From Tubulanus polymorphus (Eukaryota > Animalia > Nemertea): DNA of 64,000 nucleotides. The notes under the pieces were generated by a model, which was not told the origin of the DNA, ran no database searches, and worked only from the letters and a program-made list of their open reading frames with translations. This document shows, in pieces, positions 12,220 to 23,800 of this stretch. Within the stretch, counting starts at the first letter, position 1. Each line of letters begins with the position of its first letter. The DNA lies in assembly GCF_964204645.1 (NCBI RefSeq), contig NC_134030.1, positions 14,446,110-14,510,109 of the forward strand, written 5' to 3'. The translations under genes were made by a program, and so were the position numbers.

Positions 12220-12888
12220 CTAACCACTGGTCAAAACCTCAGAATGCGGTTGATTCTGTGAAATACTATTCCATAATTCAACAAATGTCTTTGCTTTATC
12301 CAGTTGATCTAAATATAACTGTAAATCTAGTTTATTAGATTTGATTATGTTTTCCTTCTTTTCTAAAGGCCTTAAATTTTTCCAATTCCAAATAAGTTTT
12401 TTATTGTATTCATCATTCATGTCAAATTTAGAAATCGGCAACACGTGATCAATATGAAAGTATTCACCATAATTATCTATATTCATTTTATCATCGAATT
12501 GATGTATTATCCATGATTTGAGAAATTCATCTGAACAACCCAATAAATTAGATAGTGTTTCTGAATGTGTTTCTTTGTTGAATAATTGTGTTAATCTAGA
12601 TCTTAAGCATTGTTTTAATCTAAAATTAAGATCTGTTTGATATCTTTCTCTCATATATTCTGTCATATAATCATTATAAGCATCTCTATTATCTTCTCGA
12701 TATTGTTTGGTATATAGTTTAAAACAAGTTTTACAACAATATTAGAAACCATCTTTGCTAATCTTACGCTTACTAAATTCTGTTAAAGCTAATTTATCTA
12801 ATTCACATTTAGAACACTTCTTGTAGTATATATTTATAACACCAGTGTTATTTGTAATATTGATAGTTTGTGGTTGTTCTTGTTCCAT
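12220..12888 (-). pseudogene. HNH endonuclease with N-terminal zinc finger (giant-virus/phage type), one internal stop
   Basis: ATAAATG at 12888; CSKC...KDGF*YCCKTC, then LRSRL...LLGCS...FHIDHVLPIS...NWKNLRPL...EN..K. In-frame TAA at 12742-12744. Confidence 0.8.
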
Positions 12889-13149
12889 TTATTATACATA
12901 TTTTTTTACTAAATTGATTTTAGAAGTTCAATGATTTATATCATGTATTATTTCAATCACACTTTACTAACACTTTTAATGTTTAAAAATCTAACTCACA
13001 CAAATATGAATATTGAAATAATGTTGTAAATATATACTTTTATATCTATTCTATAAGAGCTCACACTTTACTCACACTTTTATATTGAATAATCTATCAA
13101 TTTATATGTTATTCATATATATTTTATTCATGTATATAAATATTTTAAG

Positions 13150-13417
13150 AGTAATAGGGATAATAGGCTTTCAAGCTAAAGGTTGAACGGGCGGGTGAGT
13201 AAAAAATGAAAAACATAAAAAATAATAACAATTTCTACTTGAATTAGGAGTGAAACTCATAAAAATGAAAAATAAATTTGAGCGTGTGAGAATTTATTTT
13301 TCATTTTTATGAGTTTCGCGAGTAATTCAAGTAGAAATTGTTATTATTTTTATGTTTTTCATTTTTACGAGCTCGACCGTTCGACCTTTGGCTTGAAAGC
13401 CTATTATCCCTATTACT
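13150..13417. repeat. Right terminus of Polinton 1: 268-bp imperfect palindrome (hairpin TIR)
   Basis: Begins AGTAATAGGGATAATAGGCTTTCAAGC and ends GCTTGAAAGCCTATTATCCCTATTACT; arms pair up to a ~12-nt loop near 13279-13290. Confidence 0.93.
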
Positions 13418-15069
13418 CACGTTCAACATCTCGGATCACTTCTCTGGCGCTGATCACCCAGTATCGCGAGGATAAACTTGCCAACACTTGATTTGTACCA
13501 CCAACATGATGGTATTTCTCGTGGTGGTGTCTTACTATCAACTTTGTTACGTGGTGATGCCTTGGTTATGTGATCGGATTCTTCACATCGTAAGCTAAGA
13601 ATTCTGCATATTTTAATCTTCCTTCGCATCTTATCAAACCTTCCTCGTCTAATCTTGGCTTTTAACTGAGGAGTTTGCTGTTTGATCGTAAACTTTTTCC
13701 TTTAACCAACAAGGAGTATTCTTCTTTGAATGCTTCGTTCTGTCATCTTCGAATTATCTCTTCTTCGATGTTTAGTAACTCATCTGCAGACAGCTCGCCT
13801 TCACTCCTCTCAGTTTTCGGTATTCTACAATTGTCGATGAATCTGTGTACCCACGCATGAACGCGCAATAGACGATTCCATTGTGAATATCGTTCTGGAT
13901 TCAAACGCCAATCTTCGTCAGTTTCTTTAGGTTTGATAAGCATCACGAATTCTGTCTCCCTGGAGATGACTTCTTTCTTCAGTTCTTGTTTGGCTACCTG
14001 GCTTGTCTCGACTCGATTCACTGGCCACTCGTCTTCATTCTACACGAGAAATCTTGGACCAGTCGACCATATACTATTCTCATCCGCCAGTTCATCTGCG
14101 GTCATACGCATCGATGCTAAATCGGCAGGATTTGCTTTCGTAGGTACGTATCTCCATTGTATTGGTCTGGTCTTGCTTTGAATTTCACCGACTCTGTGTG
14201 CTATAAACGTCTTCAGAGTTCTACTTCGGTTTCTAATCCACCATAACACATTCAAACTATCTGACCAAAAGATGACTTCCTTTATATTCATCTCGTATAC
14301 CTCAGTAATTCTTTCAACCAGTCGCAATCCTAGAATGGCTCCCATCATTTCAAGTCTTGGTATGCTACTTGAGTTCAAAGGAACGACTCTTGACTTAGCT
14401 GCGATCATTCGGCTTGAAACGTCGTCTGTACCCGTGTACGTGCACACCGCGTACACAACTGCACCGTAACCATCTTGTGATGCGTCTACAAATGCGTGTA
14501 GTTGCGCCTTCTTTGGTGTTGCCTCCGATGCGACTCGTATGCACCTAGGTATTCTTATATTCTGCAGATCTTTTAGTTCTGCAAACCATTTCTTTATCTT
14601 CTTCTCGAGATCTGGATTCAGCTCTTCGTCCCATTCTACACCGTCCACCCACATCTCTTGCATGATTATCTTAGACCGTAAGATAAATGGAGTGAGAAAT
14701 CCGAGTGGATCAAACAATGAGGATATCTTTGATAAAACCTTTCTTTTGGTGTACGCAAATCCTTCATCTGGACTCGTAGCTTGGAATTGAAATGTATCTT
14801 TCTCTGCTTGCCATGTTACACCCAACGTCTTAATCTTAGGAAGATTCCCATCATCTAGATTGATCTCCGCTACTCTATTTTCTTCAGGTATTTGTCGTAA
14901 TACCTCTAAAGAATTCGACATCCACTTTCTCCACAACTGAACTAACTGATCATATAGTTCGATGGCTGTTTCGATATCTTCCACTGAATCCATACTCTCA
15001 TCCATATACGTCGAGTTGAGTACAGTCCTCGCTGCCAATGGATATCTATCTCCATACTTCTCAGCGTTC
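13418..15069 (-). pseudogene. BEL/Pao retrotransposon pol fragment (RT C-terminus, RNase H region, start of integrase)
   Basis: STYMDE, LFDPLG, LHAFVDAS, AKSRVVP, IPRLEMMGA, WSDS, NPADLAS. Cut on the left by Polinton 1 and on the right by the Gypsy LTR. Confidence 0.9.
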
Positions 15070-15414
15070 TGATACGTCGGAGACTAGCTCAGAAATGTTC
15101 CAGGTTCCGTAAAATGAAACAATGTCCAATCATGAATTTTAGATATACGAGTTTATTACAACCGACTGGTCCCGATGAGTGTGGATGTGAGAATGGCGAA
15201 TGATCGAGGGAGGGGTGCTACTATATGTTCTAAAATGATAGGAGTAGAGAATCTCTCACCGTCGGGATCGGAATTCCTTACCCGATACGGTAAACTGACC
15301 GACGGTTCAACTCTCTACATGAAATGAATGAGGAGGTGAAATGAAGATGGATCATGGAATGAAATGATGTAAATACATACACACAATCTACAATAATACA
15401 TGGGCTATATATCA
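15070..15414 (-). repeat. 3' LTR of Gypsy A
   Basis: TGATACGTCG...CTATATATCA, a direct repeat of 26562-26906. PPT GGAAGGTGGGGC lies adjacent on the minus strand (about 15418-15429). Confidence 0.95.
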
Positions 15415-15567
15415 GTTGCCCCACCTTCCAAGGATTCGACCCCGAATCGTTAAAATGAAATCATAATGCATATAGTATAGATGCACATAGCAGATGAACA
15501 ATTGACTGATAGTAAAGCAAGGTTAACAGCAAAATGTAAATAGTAGATAATATGTAGACAGTCGGCA

Positions 15568-16358
15568 GCACAGGGGTTTGGCGATGGGCTTGGATTTTAT
15601 TTCCGGGTTGTTGATAATCTCGCGAGAATGGCGCTAAATATGAACTGCGAATAAATTCAAAATATCACGGAAATACCTTGTGTTTATATTGTTTATTTAT
15701 CCGCTATAAAGTTTCGATAAACAATTGGTCGTTTAAGAATCATTATCAGACGGTCGCCACGCTACTATATAAAAGAACAAGGGATGAAACGCCAGGCCTC
15801 CGCTGTACTTAAATTTTCAGCCAGAAAGTTGGGACAGTCACGTGACATTCTGATGACGTCATCGCATTTAAAACTTCAACATGAAAAGTTAACATATTCA
15901 CAGACCGATATCAATTGTCAGATTGTGATTCATATGAAATAAATAACTTATACAGAATAAATCATGATGAAATATACAATTCATAGTCAAAAAATGCATC
16001 TGAATGTAAGTTATTCTCAAATATTTTTCGTATCATAGTTTCCGTCTTAGATGCTTCGGGTTTGCATTCAGTCAAATAAGAAGCGTTAAGTCACGTGACT
16101 GTCCCAACTTTCTGGCTGGCACGACTTGAACTGCGTTTCATCCCTTGTGATTTTATATAGTAAAGCGTGACGACCGTCTGATAATGATTCTTAACGACCA
16201 ATTGTTTATCGAAACTTTATAGCAGATAAATAAACAATATAAACACAAGGTATTTCCGTGATATTTTGAATTTATTCGCAGTTCATATTTAGCGCTATTC
16301 TCGCGAGATTATCAACAACCCGGAAATAAAATCCAAGCCCATCGCCAAACCCCTGTGC
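15568..16358. mobile_element. Non-autonomous fold-back DNA transposon (MITE) inserted in the Gypsy A 3' region
   Basis: TIRs of about 280 bp starting GCACAGGGGTTTGGCGATGG; flanked by duplicated TCGGCA (15562-15567 and 16359-16364). Confidence 0.88.
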
Positions 16359-16834
16359 TCGGCAGTATGTAAATAGTGAATAATAAATCTCATATGTAAA
16401 CTCGTATGTAAATAGCAAACAATAAATCTCAATCCCCTGGATCACTACACAAGAAAAAAAAAATTAATCCTTGCATCCGCATATCCGGTGATCGCAAAAC
16501 GCAGTCAGTCCATAATTGTACATGGTATTGACTCGAAACGAATGGTCTAACTGTTCACTTCATTGACGCTGTACGCAGTTCTTTTCGAATCACCCGCGAG
16601 ATTATGAAAGACCCAGCATAGTAGCTATGATAAAACGGATTGTAGGCGTGTCGATAATTAGATAATTACGTGTCCGGTACAGGTGAGTGGATCAGCCAGA
16701 ATAACACTCACAGTTCGCTGCGGCTGGTGCCACAATAAATTACTTGCATCACTGACACCTCACGCGATAAGCGGATAGATAAACACCTCGTGCGAGATTC
16801 CTCCGACCATGACGTAACGCACTGTTTATATCTG

Positions 16835-16838
<4 letters not shown>

Positions 16839-16877
<39 letters not shown>
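16839..16877. repeat. (TA)n microsatellite
   Basis: Directly visible. Confidence 0.95.
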
Positions 16878-16880
<3 letters not shown>

Positions 16881-18087
16881 ACCAGTATTCAGTACACCAA
16901 GTGGTTAGGTGTTCGCTAATCGTCTTCTGCAGCAAGGCAATGCTTCGTCTTAAAAATACCGGCAAACCGTTCAATGATTGAAAGTAAACATGGCCTTCAG
17001 CGAGCATAACGTGTACTGGCCATTCGCTTTCCGATGTAATTTACCGCCATATAAGTCGGAAGTGTATCGATATCGTATCTTAGTCGGATTCCGAACGAGC
17101 GTCGAAATGAAATCGTTAGACCGACGAAATACGCAAAAGTCCAGCATCTGTTCACCGCAAATTTTGTTCACCGCTCACGAGTTGTGGATTCTACGCATTC
17201 CGCTGTTTTCGAAGTTTTCTCGCAAGTGATCCAGAGAATCAATTTTATTCTACGCACAATAAATCTGAATATAGCAAAACGTGTTTTTTTTTTTTTTTTT
17301 TTTTTTTTTACATTTAATTTATCTAATCACTAAATTTTCGTCACTAATTTATCGCCTTTACCCAAACGCGTCAGTTGATTATCAAGATACATTTCGTTAC
17401 AGCAGACTCTCCCAGAGTGACCTAATCAATTATGTCTCACAGATTTATTATCATTTAGATACTTTTACCATAAACGTACTACGTCTTAGCCGTATAGTAT
17501 ACATATTCATTTTCTTAAGCTTCTTTAATACTCTTAGTACATATATGTATTTTCTTTCTTTAAATTTTACTACTCTCGATATCTGTGAAATTCAGTAATA
17601 CTTTAACTATACGACACAAATATCATTGTTTAACACTATATTTTCACAAAGTAATTCTTTTCGTACATTTTCATAGTATTAAGTTAGATTAAGTCACTAT
17701 CCTCATTTTTATGTATTCTGTGAAGTGCTCGACCAATTTATATAACTAATATTCGAGATCGAAGTTAGTAGGGCTACCCTAACAAATCCATGCTGATGAA
17801 ACTCGTGAAACTGTGGGGAATCGAACCCCCTACTGTAAGACATGCTTGTCCCAGCAGTCGCCGCTTCCAGGATCACGGTCAAGCATAGTTCGGCAGGCGT
17901 GAACTCTGTTTAAAACCCAATCCGATAGTTACGTAGAAGTAAAGTAAAGTAAAAAGGTAAACAACTAGCATATCGATCAGTATCATTCGAGGAACAATCT
18001 TCCGAGTAAGGAAAGTAATGTTGTTACTTAGGGCTGCAACAGCATGTGCTAGATACCTGGTAACATATGTTACAATAATAATCTAAA

Positions 18088-20607
18088 CTAAACATGCGTC
18101 ATTACAGGTAATGCAATCATTCTGCCGTCAGGGAACGCTAAGTAAATAAAAACAGAGAAATCGCTGGTTAAAATCTGGCTAACCCGACGGGCTGCTAACC
18201 ACGGTAGTTTAAAAGTAGTGTTCAACTTAATCGGTTTGGTGTTCCCATCAGATTTTGCGATGAGATGCGATTCTCGCCAATTTATGATTAGGCTAGGTAT
18301 CCATCCCCATTTTACATTCACGGCAAGGCCAGTCGGGTGCTGATTCATGCAATATGAATGTGGGCAATCGGGCAGCGTCAGCAGATCGATGTTCATGCAA
18401 TCGTCTAGTGCTGATAAACATAAAACTAATTTACAACCAAATTGCCTCTGGTAAAATCTTTTTAACAGAAGATGCGCAACCACAACTAACACATGTGAGA
18501 TACAAATTAAGATCAATAGACTAATAAAAATCCGTTTTTCGTCCTGAACGGTTGACAATATATTTTCCAGGAGTGACGCACTATGAACTGAGTCGTCATC
18601 GCTAGTAGGTGGTCCAAAATGTAGCGGGTGCTTATTTGAGACTAGTTTAAATACGTTGGTCGCAGGTAGTTGACCCGATGTAATAACGGCTGCAGCTATT
18701 GTTGAATGAGTTCGCCGCATAAACATAATTAAATAAGTTGAAAATGCGAGTGAAATTAAGCTTAGAAATAGAGATATTGACGCCAATAATCGATCCTGAC
18801 TTATTCCAGGAATAAATGAATCAGTATTTTTCCATTTCGCAGATAGAAGCGCGTCCGCCTTAGTAGCGAATAGTTTTACATTTTTGTGACCATTTTCTGT
18901 CAGTTTCTTGAAATTAGCGGTGAATTGTCCCTCATTGTGAGCTACCTGGTTCCATTTATCTCGAACTAATTTAATCTCCGGTAGAGTCACTTGGTGAATT
19001 TGAGACGAGTGACTTTCCGTATCCAAAATTTGTTGCCTCTTATTAAAATCAAGATGCTTGAAAAACAACAAAATAACTGGTAGATTGATTGGGTGTGAAT
19101 ATATCGGTGACATATCATTTTTGTGACAATTTGTGATTTTTGCGGGGATTTTGAACTTTGATGATGTTATTCCGCAACCGCACGGCAGTTTTATCAGGCA
19201 CATTGTGCATGCGGTTATAGCTTTTACAGGCTTACCAGGGCAGGTCATGGACCACGACGAGTCCCTGCCGCTTGCTAAGTATGTTCCAGATCCTAAGTCT
19301 AGGGCGCCCTCATAGAGCCCGGATTCTTGATACCTAATATCACAAAGACGCATGATGTTGTTGTGATCATTGAAAAAAAGTGCGCTGGCGCAACTAGATA
19401 CCGAACGCGACCTCATGGACCTAGCTGTCGGATAGGTTTTCACCCCTTTACCTTCACACGTGGCATAATCGCCCGTGTCGAGTTCAGTATAAAAGTCGCC
19501 CGAATTAGTTACACCTATGTATGCCGGTAGGTCCTTTATTAAAGTGCAGTTATCTGATGAGGCATTGACTGGTACCGGAATAGCCGATATCGAATATATA
19601 TTAAATTTGGTGCTAATTTTGGAAATTGGAAATTTGACTGTAATATAAATAGCTCTGTCTGTCCTGGTGTACAGAATGTCCCGAACCTGATAATAGTGAC
19701 CAGGGTCCGAATACGATATAGAAAAACCTGGGTAATCTTGGGATAGCTTATCACGGATCGACCCAATTATATGGGCTATAATTTTGCTAGGCACTAAGCT
19801 CATCGGCAAATAGCCGTCAACCAGGGTTTGGACACCTGATAGCCAATTGCGTGCCTCGAGTTCAATTTGCATGGCTGCCTCCTGATAGGCTGCAAAATAC
19901 TGAATGAAATTGCTGATAACGGAGACTGAGGTGCTAAGGTCTGAAATTCGTGCCGAGTTACGCGAAGATAGCTGTGACAGCTTTACAAGATTGGTCTGCA
20001 GATTTGATATTAAGTTATGGTTATTTCCAATGGCTGTCATGACGTTTTTGAAGCGAGCCGAAGTTAAATTCATAAATGACGACATTTCGTTACCTTGTCG
20101 AATGAGTTCATTCTGCGTCAATTTGGCAAAATTTTCGAGCTTCTGCACGTGGCCCCGTATCTCGTTTACTTCGTCTTCGGTGGCCGTTCCAAACAAGCTT
20201 TTGGATATGCTACCCACAAAATTTAATAGGCCCCGCTTAGAGCGGGGGGACACAGATAATTTTCTGGGCATCAAAAGCTTGATTTCGTTTGACACCGATT
20301 GAAATTGTGACGCTGACCGATTGCGTTGCTGGGTTAGTAAGTGTACACACTCGAGTAGTTGGTGACATACGTCGTCAGCATTTGGCGGACAGACCGGTGG
20401 TTTAAAAGAGGGGATCGGATACTTAATCCAAGGTAGTGAGTACGTGTGGCTCCAATATGAACCCGCATTATCAATTTGGCTTTGGAAAGAGAAAAGGATG
20501 CCGTAATTTTTCCTCAAAATAACTTTTTCGTTGCCGATTTCACCATCTACTCGATTGAGCAAAATAGAAAGGTTAATAAAAACTGATAAGACTACCGCGT
20601 CGATCAT
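18088..20607 (-). CDS. env: Envelope class I fusion glycoprotein (baculovirus F / errantivirus env-like)
   Basis: Signal peptide; furin site RSKR followed by fusion peptide GLLNFVGSISKSLFGTA; heptad region; Cys-rich ectodomain; two C-terminal hydrophobic segments. 839 aa with no interruption. Confidence 0.9.
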   Translation of the reverse strand: MIDAVVLSVFINLSILLNRVDGEIGNEKVILRKNYGILFSFQSQIDNAGSYWSHTYSLPWIKYPIPSFKPPVCPPNADDVCHQLLECVHLLTQQRNRSASQFQSVSNEIKLLMPRKLSVSPRSKRGLLNFVGSISKSLFGTATEDEVNEIRGHVQKLENFAKLTQNELIRQGNEMSSFMNLTSARFKNVMTAIGNNHNLISNLQTNLVKLSQLSSRNSARISDLSTSVSVISNFIQYFAAYQEAAMQIELEARNWLSGVQTLVDGYLPMSLVPSKIIAHIIGSIRDKLSQDYPGFSISYSDPGHYYQVRDILYTRTDRAIYITVKFPISKISTKFNIYSISAIPVPVNASSDNCTLIKDLPAYIGVTNSGDFYTELDTGDYATCEGKGVKTYPTARSMRSRSVSSCASALFFNDHNNIMRLCDIRYQESGLYEGALDLGSGTYLASGRDSSWSMTCPGKPVKAITACTMCLIKLPCGCGITSSKFKIPAKITNCHKNDMSPIYSHPINLPVILLFFKHLDFNKRQQILDTESHSSQIHQVTLPEIKLVRDKWNQVAHNEGQFTANFKKLTENGHKNVKLFATKADALLSAKWKNTDSFIPGISQDRLLASISLFLSLISLAFSTYLIMFMRRTHSTIAAAVITSGQLPATNVFKLVSNKHPLHFGPPTSDDDSVHSASLLENILSTVQDEKRIFISLLILICISHVLVVVAHLLLKRFYQRQFGCKLVLCLSALDDCMNIDLLTLPDCPHSYCMNQHPTGLAVNVKWGWIPSLIINWRESHLIAKSDGNTKPIKLNTTFKLPWLAARRVSQILTSDFSVFIYLAFPDGRMIALPVMTHV

Positions 20608-20891
20608 CGTGTATAACTGCGTAAATATTCTGTGCCTGAAATAGATTTTGAACAGTTATAGTTAATTCATGGATCTAGTAAAAAAACACATTCTCCTTCA
20701 TGTAGCGCGTTCAATAAAGTTTTATCTCTCTGTAATCAATAGATAGCATGCATGAGTACCAATTAGCGATTCATATCGTCAAGTGATAATAAATAAGATA
20801 ATAGTGTATACATATACGAGTAATAAAGGGATATGGGGTACAAAGTCGGATATTGCGTGTACTTAGTGTCCGATGGGTTATTTTTAGCCGA

Positions 20892-23800
20892 TTAGCGTTT
20901 TCTTTTCTTAACTTTTGACAGTCTAAGTGTTTCTATCAGCCGTTTGTCGAGTATGTTGCTGGCTGGCTGCCAGGACGGTGGATAGTCGCCGACCCACTTG
21001 ACTAAATACTGCCGTTTATTTTTTCGCTTCCGCGATTTTAACAAACACTCTACGGAATAAGTTTCGTCATTTTCACTGTGATCAGTCTGGGCGTTGTCGG
21101 GGAAGGTCTGGTCTACCTCGCCGATCTGATTTGTTTGCTCACCGTCGTCGTCTGACCGATCTAGGTGTCTGTCTTTTGGGTGGATATAGATTTTGAGTCT
21201 GTTTGCATGGACTGGGGCTCGCAATACCCTTCCTGCCTGAGTTTGTTAGTATATAGTTGACAGGTGATACCTTCTTGGTGATAATGTACGGGCCATGATA
21301 CGGGTGTAGGAGTTTCTTAGTGAGGCCCTTGATGTTTCTAGAATTATGGAGCCAAACTAAGTCACCCTCCGCGTACGGTGGTTCGGTGGCCTTAAATCGA
21401 TAATCGTATTGTTGTTTTGTCTTTTGTTGGGTTTTCTCTAGATTTAGTTTGGCCCATTTACGTGCCTCCATTAGTTTGATAATTACGTCGTTGATGTATT
21501 CATTCGACGACTGAAATTCGTGTTCGGGTGGCAATAGCATTACGTCAATTGGCATGCGAGCTTCTCGTCCATGCATCAGATAGAACGGCGTATAACCCGT
21601 GCTTTTGACAACTGAGGTTCGGTATGCGTGGAGCATAGCAGGAATAAACTCATCCCAGTCAGTTTGTTCAGAGTTACAAAACATACTTAAGCCTTGGACC
21701 AGAGTCCCGTTGTACTTCTCCGTGAGGCCATCAGTACACGGATGATAGGATGACGTACGCGCCTGATTGGTTCCACAAAGCTCACACAGTTCTCTGACTA
21801 GGGAAGATAGAAAATTTTGACCTCGGTCACTAAGGATTGTGCCGGCTGCACCATGACGACAGAAAATTTCGTCAAAAAGTATGCGGCCGATGACTGGCGC
21901 AGTTATTGATTTCGTGGGAAACGCTTCTGCCCATCTAGTTAAATAGTCAGTAATAACGACGATATATTGATTCCCTCTCTTTGAGCGATGTATTGGGCCC
22001 ACGCAGTCGATAGCAATTCTGTCAAAAGGGGCTGCAACAGCAGGTATTGGTATCTGCGGTGCTATCTTTTTGTGTTTTGGTGTTTTTCGGGTAGAACATG
22101 GGACACACGATTTGGTCCAGTGCAATGTGTCCTCATACATTCCAGGCCAATAGTATTTTGCTCTAATTTTCTCATATGTTTTTTTCAAAACCAAAGTGGC
22201 CCCCCGTCACGTCATCGTGATATGCGGCGAGGATGGAAACCCTTAGCGACGTTGGTAAATATATTTGCATACCGGAGGGATTGTTTCGCCGTTTACGGTT
22301 TAACAACCCGTTCCGGTCTACGCAGTAAAATTCCGAACTTAGGATCACTTCTCTAGCTTGTCTGTCGTCGGCAGGAAGCTCGCGAGATACTAGATAGTTT
22401 ATAAGGTCGCAGGACCTAGGATCGTCTCGTTGAGCCTGAAATATTATAGGGATTTGGTCGTTCAATATGCGGGTTGTCCCAGTATCAAGTACTGGTGCGG
22501 ATTGTGAATCGGGATTGTCCAGTGCATTTACATATTGTCGTCTAGACAGGGCATCGGCATTGCAGTGTACGCGGCCGGCTCTGTGGACTATCTCCATGTC
22601 GTATTCTTGAAGGGCTAAAGCCCAACGACATAAGCGACCCTGGGGTTCCTTCAGTGTCATGAGCCACCTTAGGGCATTGTGGTCGGTTACGACTCTGAAT
22701 CGGCGCCCATGGATGTATGGTTTAAATTTCTTAATCCCCTCCATAATTGCGGCCATTTCGCGTTGCGTCGTATCCCAGTTCTTTTCGCAAGGTAGAAAAT
22801 TTCGTCCACCGTAGGCAATCACGCGTTCGTTGCCGTCAATACGTTGACACAGAACAAGACCAATCGCGGTCGCGCTTGCATCAGTGTGCAGCTCGAAAGG
22901 TTGGTTAAAGTCCGGAAAGGCTAGGACTGGAGGACTCGTTAGCCTGACTTTGAGCTCTTGGAATGCTCGTTCGCAGTCCCCGTTCCACTCGAACTTAGCA
23001 TTTTTTCTGGTGAGTGCGTAAAGTGGACTACATATTTCGCTAAATTTTTCAATAAACCGACGATAGTATGTCGCTAGACCGACAAAGGCTCTAACGTCTT
23101 TCAATGTTGTGGGGACTGGGTACTCGTTTATTGCTCGACATTTCTCTAGGTCAGGCTTGATGCCTTCACCACTGATAATATGGCCCAAATACAAAACGCT
23201 GTCGAGAGCAAAATGACATTTATCGGGTTTTAACGCGAGGCCCGCATCTCGAAATCTCATAAAAATCTGTTCAAGGTGAATTAAATGTTCCTCAAAAGTT
23301 CGTGAAAAGACGACGACATCGTCTAGATATATTAAACAGATTTTCCAGCTTAGGCCTCGGAGCACATTCTCCATCAATCTCTCAAAGGTGCCTGGACTAT
23401 TGCACAAGCCAAATGGAAGACGATTGAATTCGAATAGGCCCCTGCTACAAGCAAAGGCGGTAATCGGCTTGGATTCCTCGTCAACTTCCACTTGCCAATA
23501 TCCTGATCGTAAATCAAGAGACGAGAAATATTTTGGTTGTGTCGCACCGAGGCTATCGAGAATATCGTCGCACCTTGGCATTGGGAATGAATCTTTGCGT
23601 GTGATGGAATTTTCTTTACGGTAGTCAACGCAGAATCGTGTTTGGCCGTTTTTCTTTTTTACCAAGACGACCGGGCTACTCCAGGGGGAGTTTGATTCGC
23701 GTATGATATCTGCCTTGACCATTTTGTCAACCTCATCTTCCTCTATTTTTCTCATTTCTGGGGTTCTACGGTAGGCTCTTCGTCGAATCGGTGGGTGACC

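Larger units (their letters stand above)
1..13417. mobile_element. Polinton/Maverick (adintovirus-like) element 1, right portion; left end lies outside the window
   Basis: Very AT-rich, intron-less, tightly packed ORFs including penton, MCP, A32-like ATPase and rve integrase. Ends in ...CCCTATTACT at 13417 with an abrupt switch to BEL pol sequence. The end is the reverse complement of the start of element 2 at 58137. Many genes carry stops or frameshifts. Confidence 0.93.

Noticed and set aside
1-13417. Bacteriophage/prophage or free giant virus contig
   Set aside because: The gene set (rve integrase, A32-like ATPase, jelly-roll capsids) and the direct junction into a BEL retrotransposon identify an integrated Polinton. 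No adenain protease is visible, but it may lie outside the window.
16708-17598. ORFs with YIYIYI or poly-Phe
   Set aside because: Artefacts of (TA)n and poly-T tracts.
17788-17845. Hammerhead ribozyme (CTGATGA...GAAAC...GTA)
   Set aside because: Stem II is about 1 bp, stem III has a mismatch next to the core, stem I is out of register by 3 nt, and it is antisense to the element.
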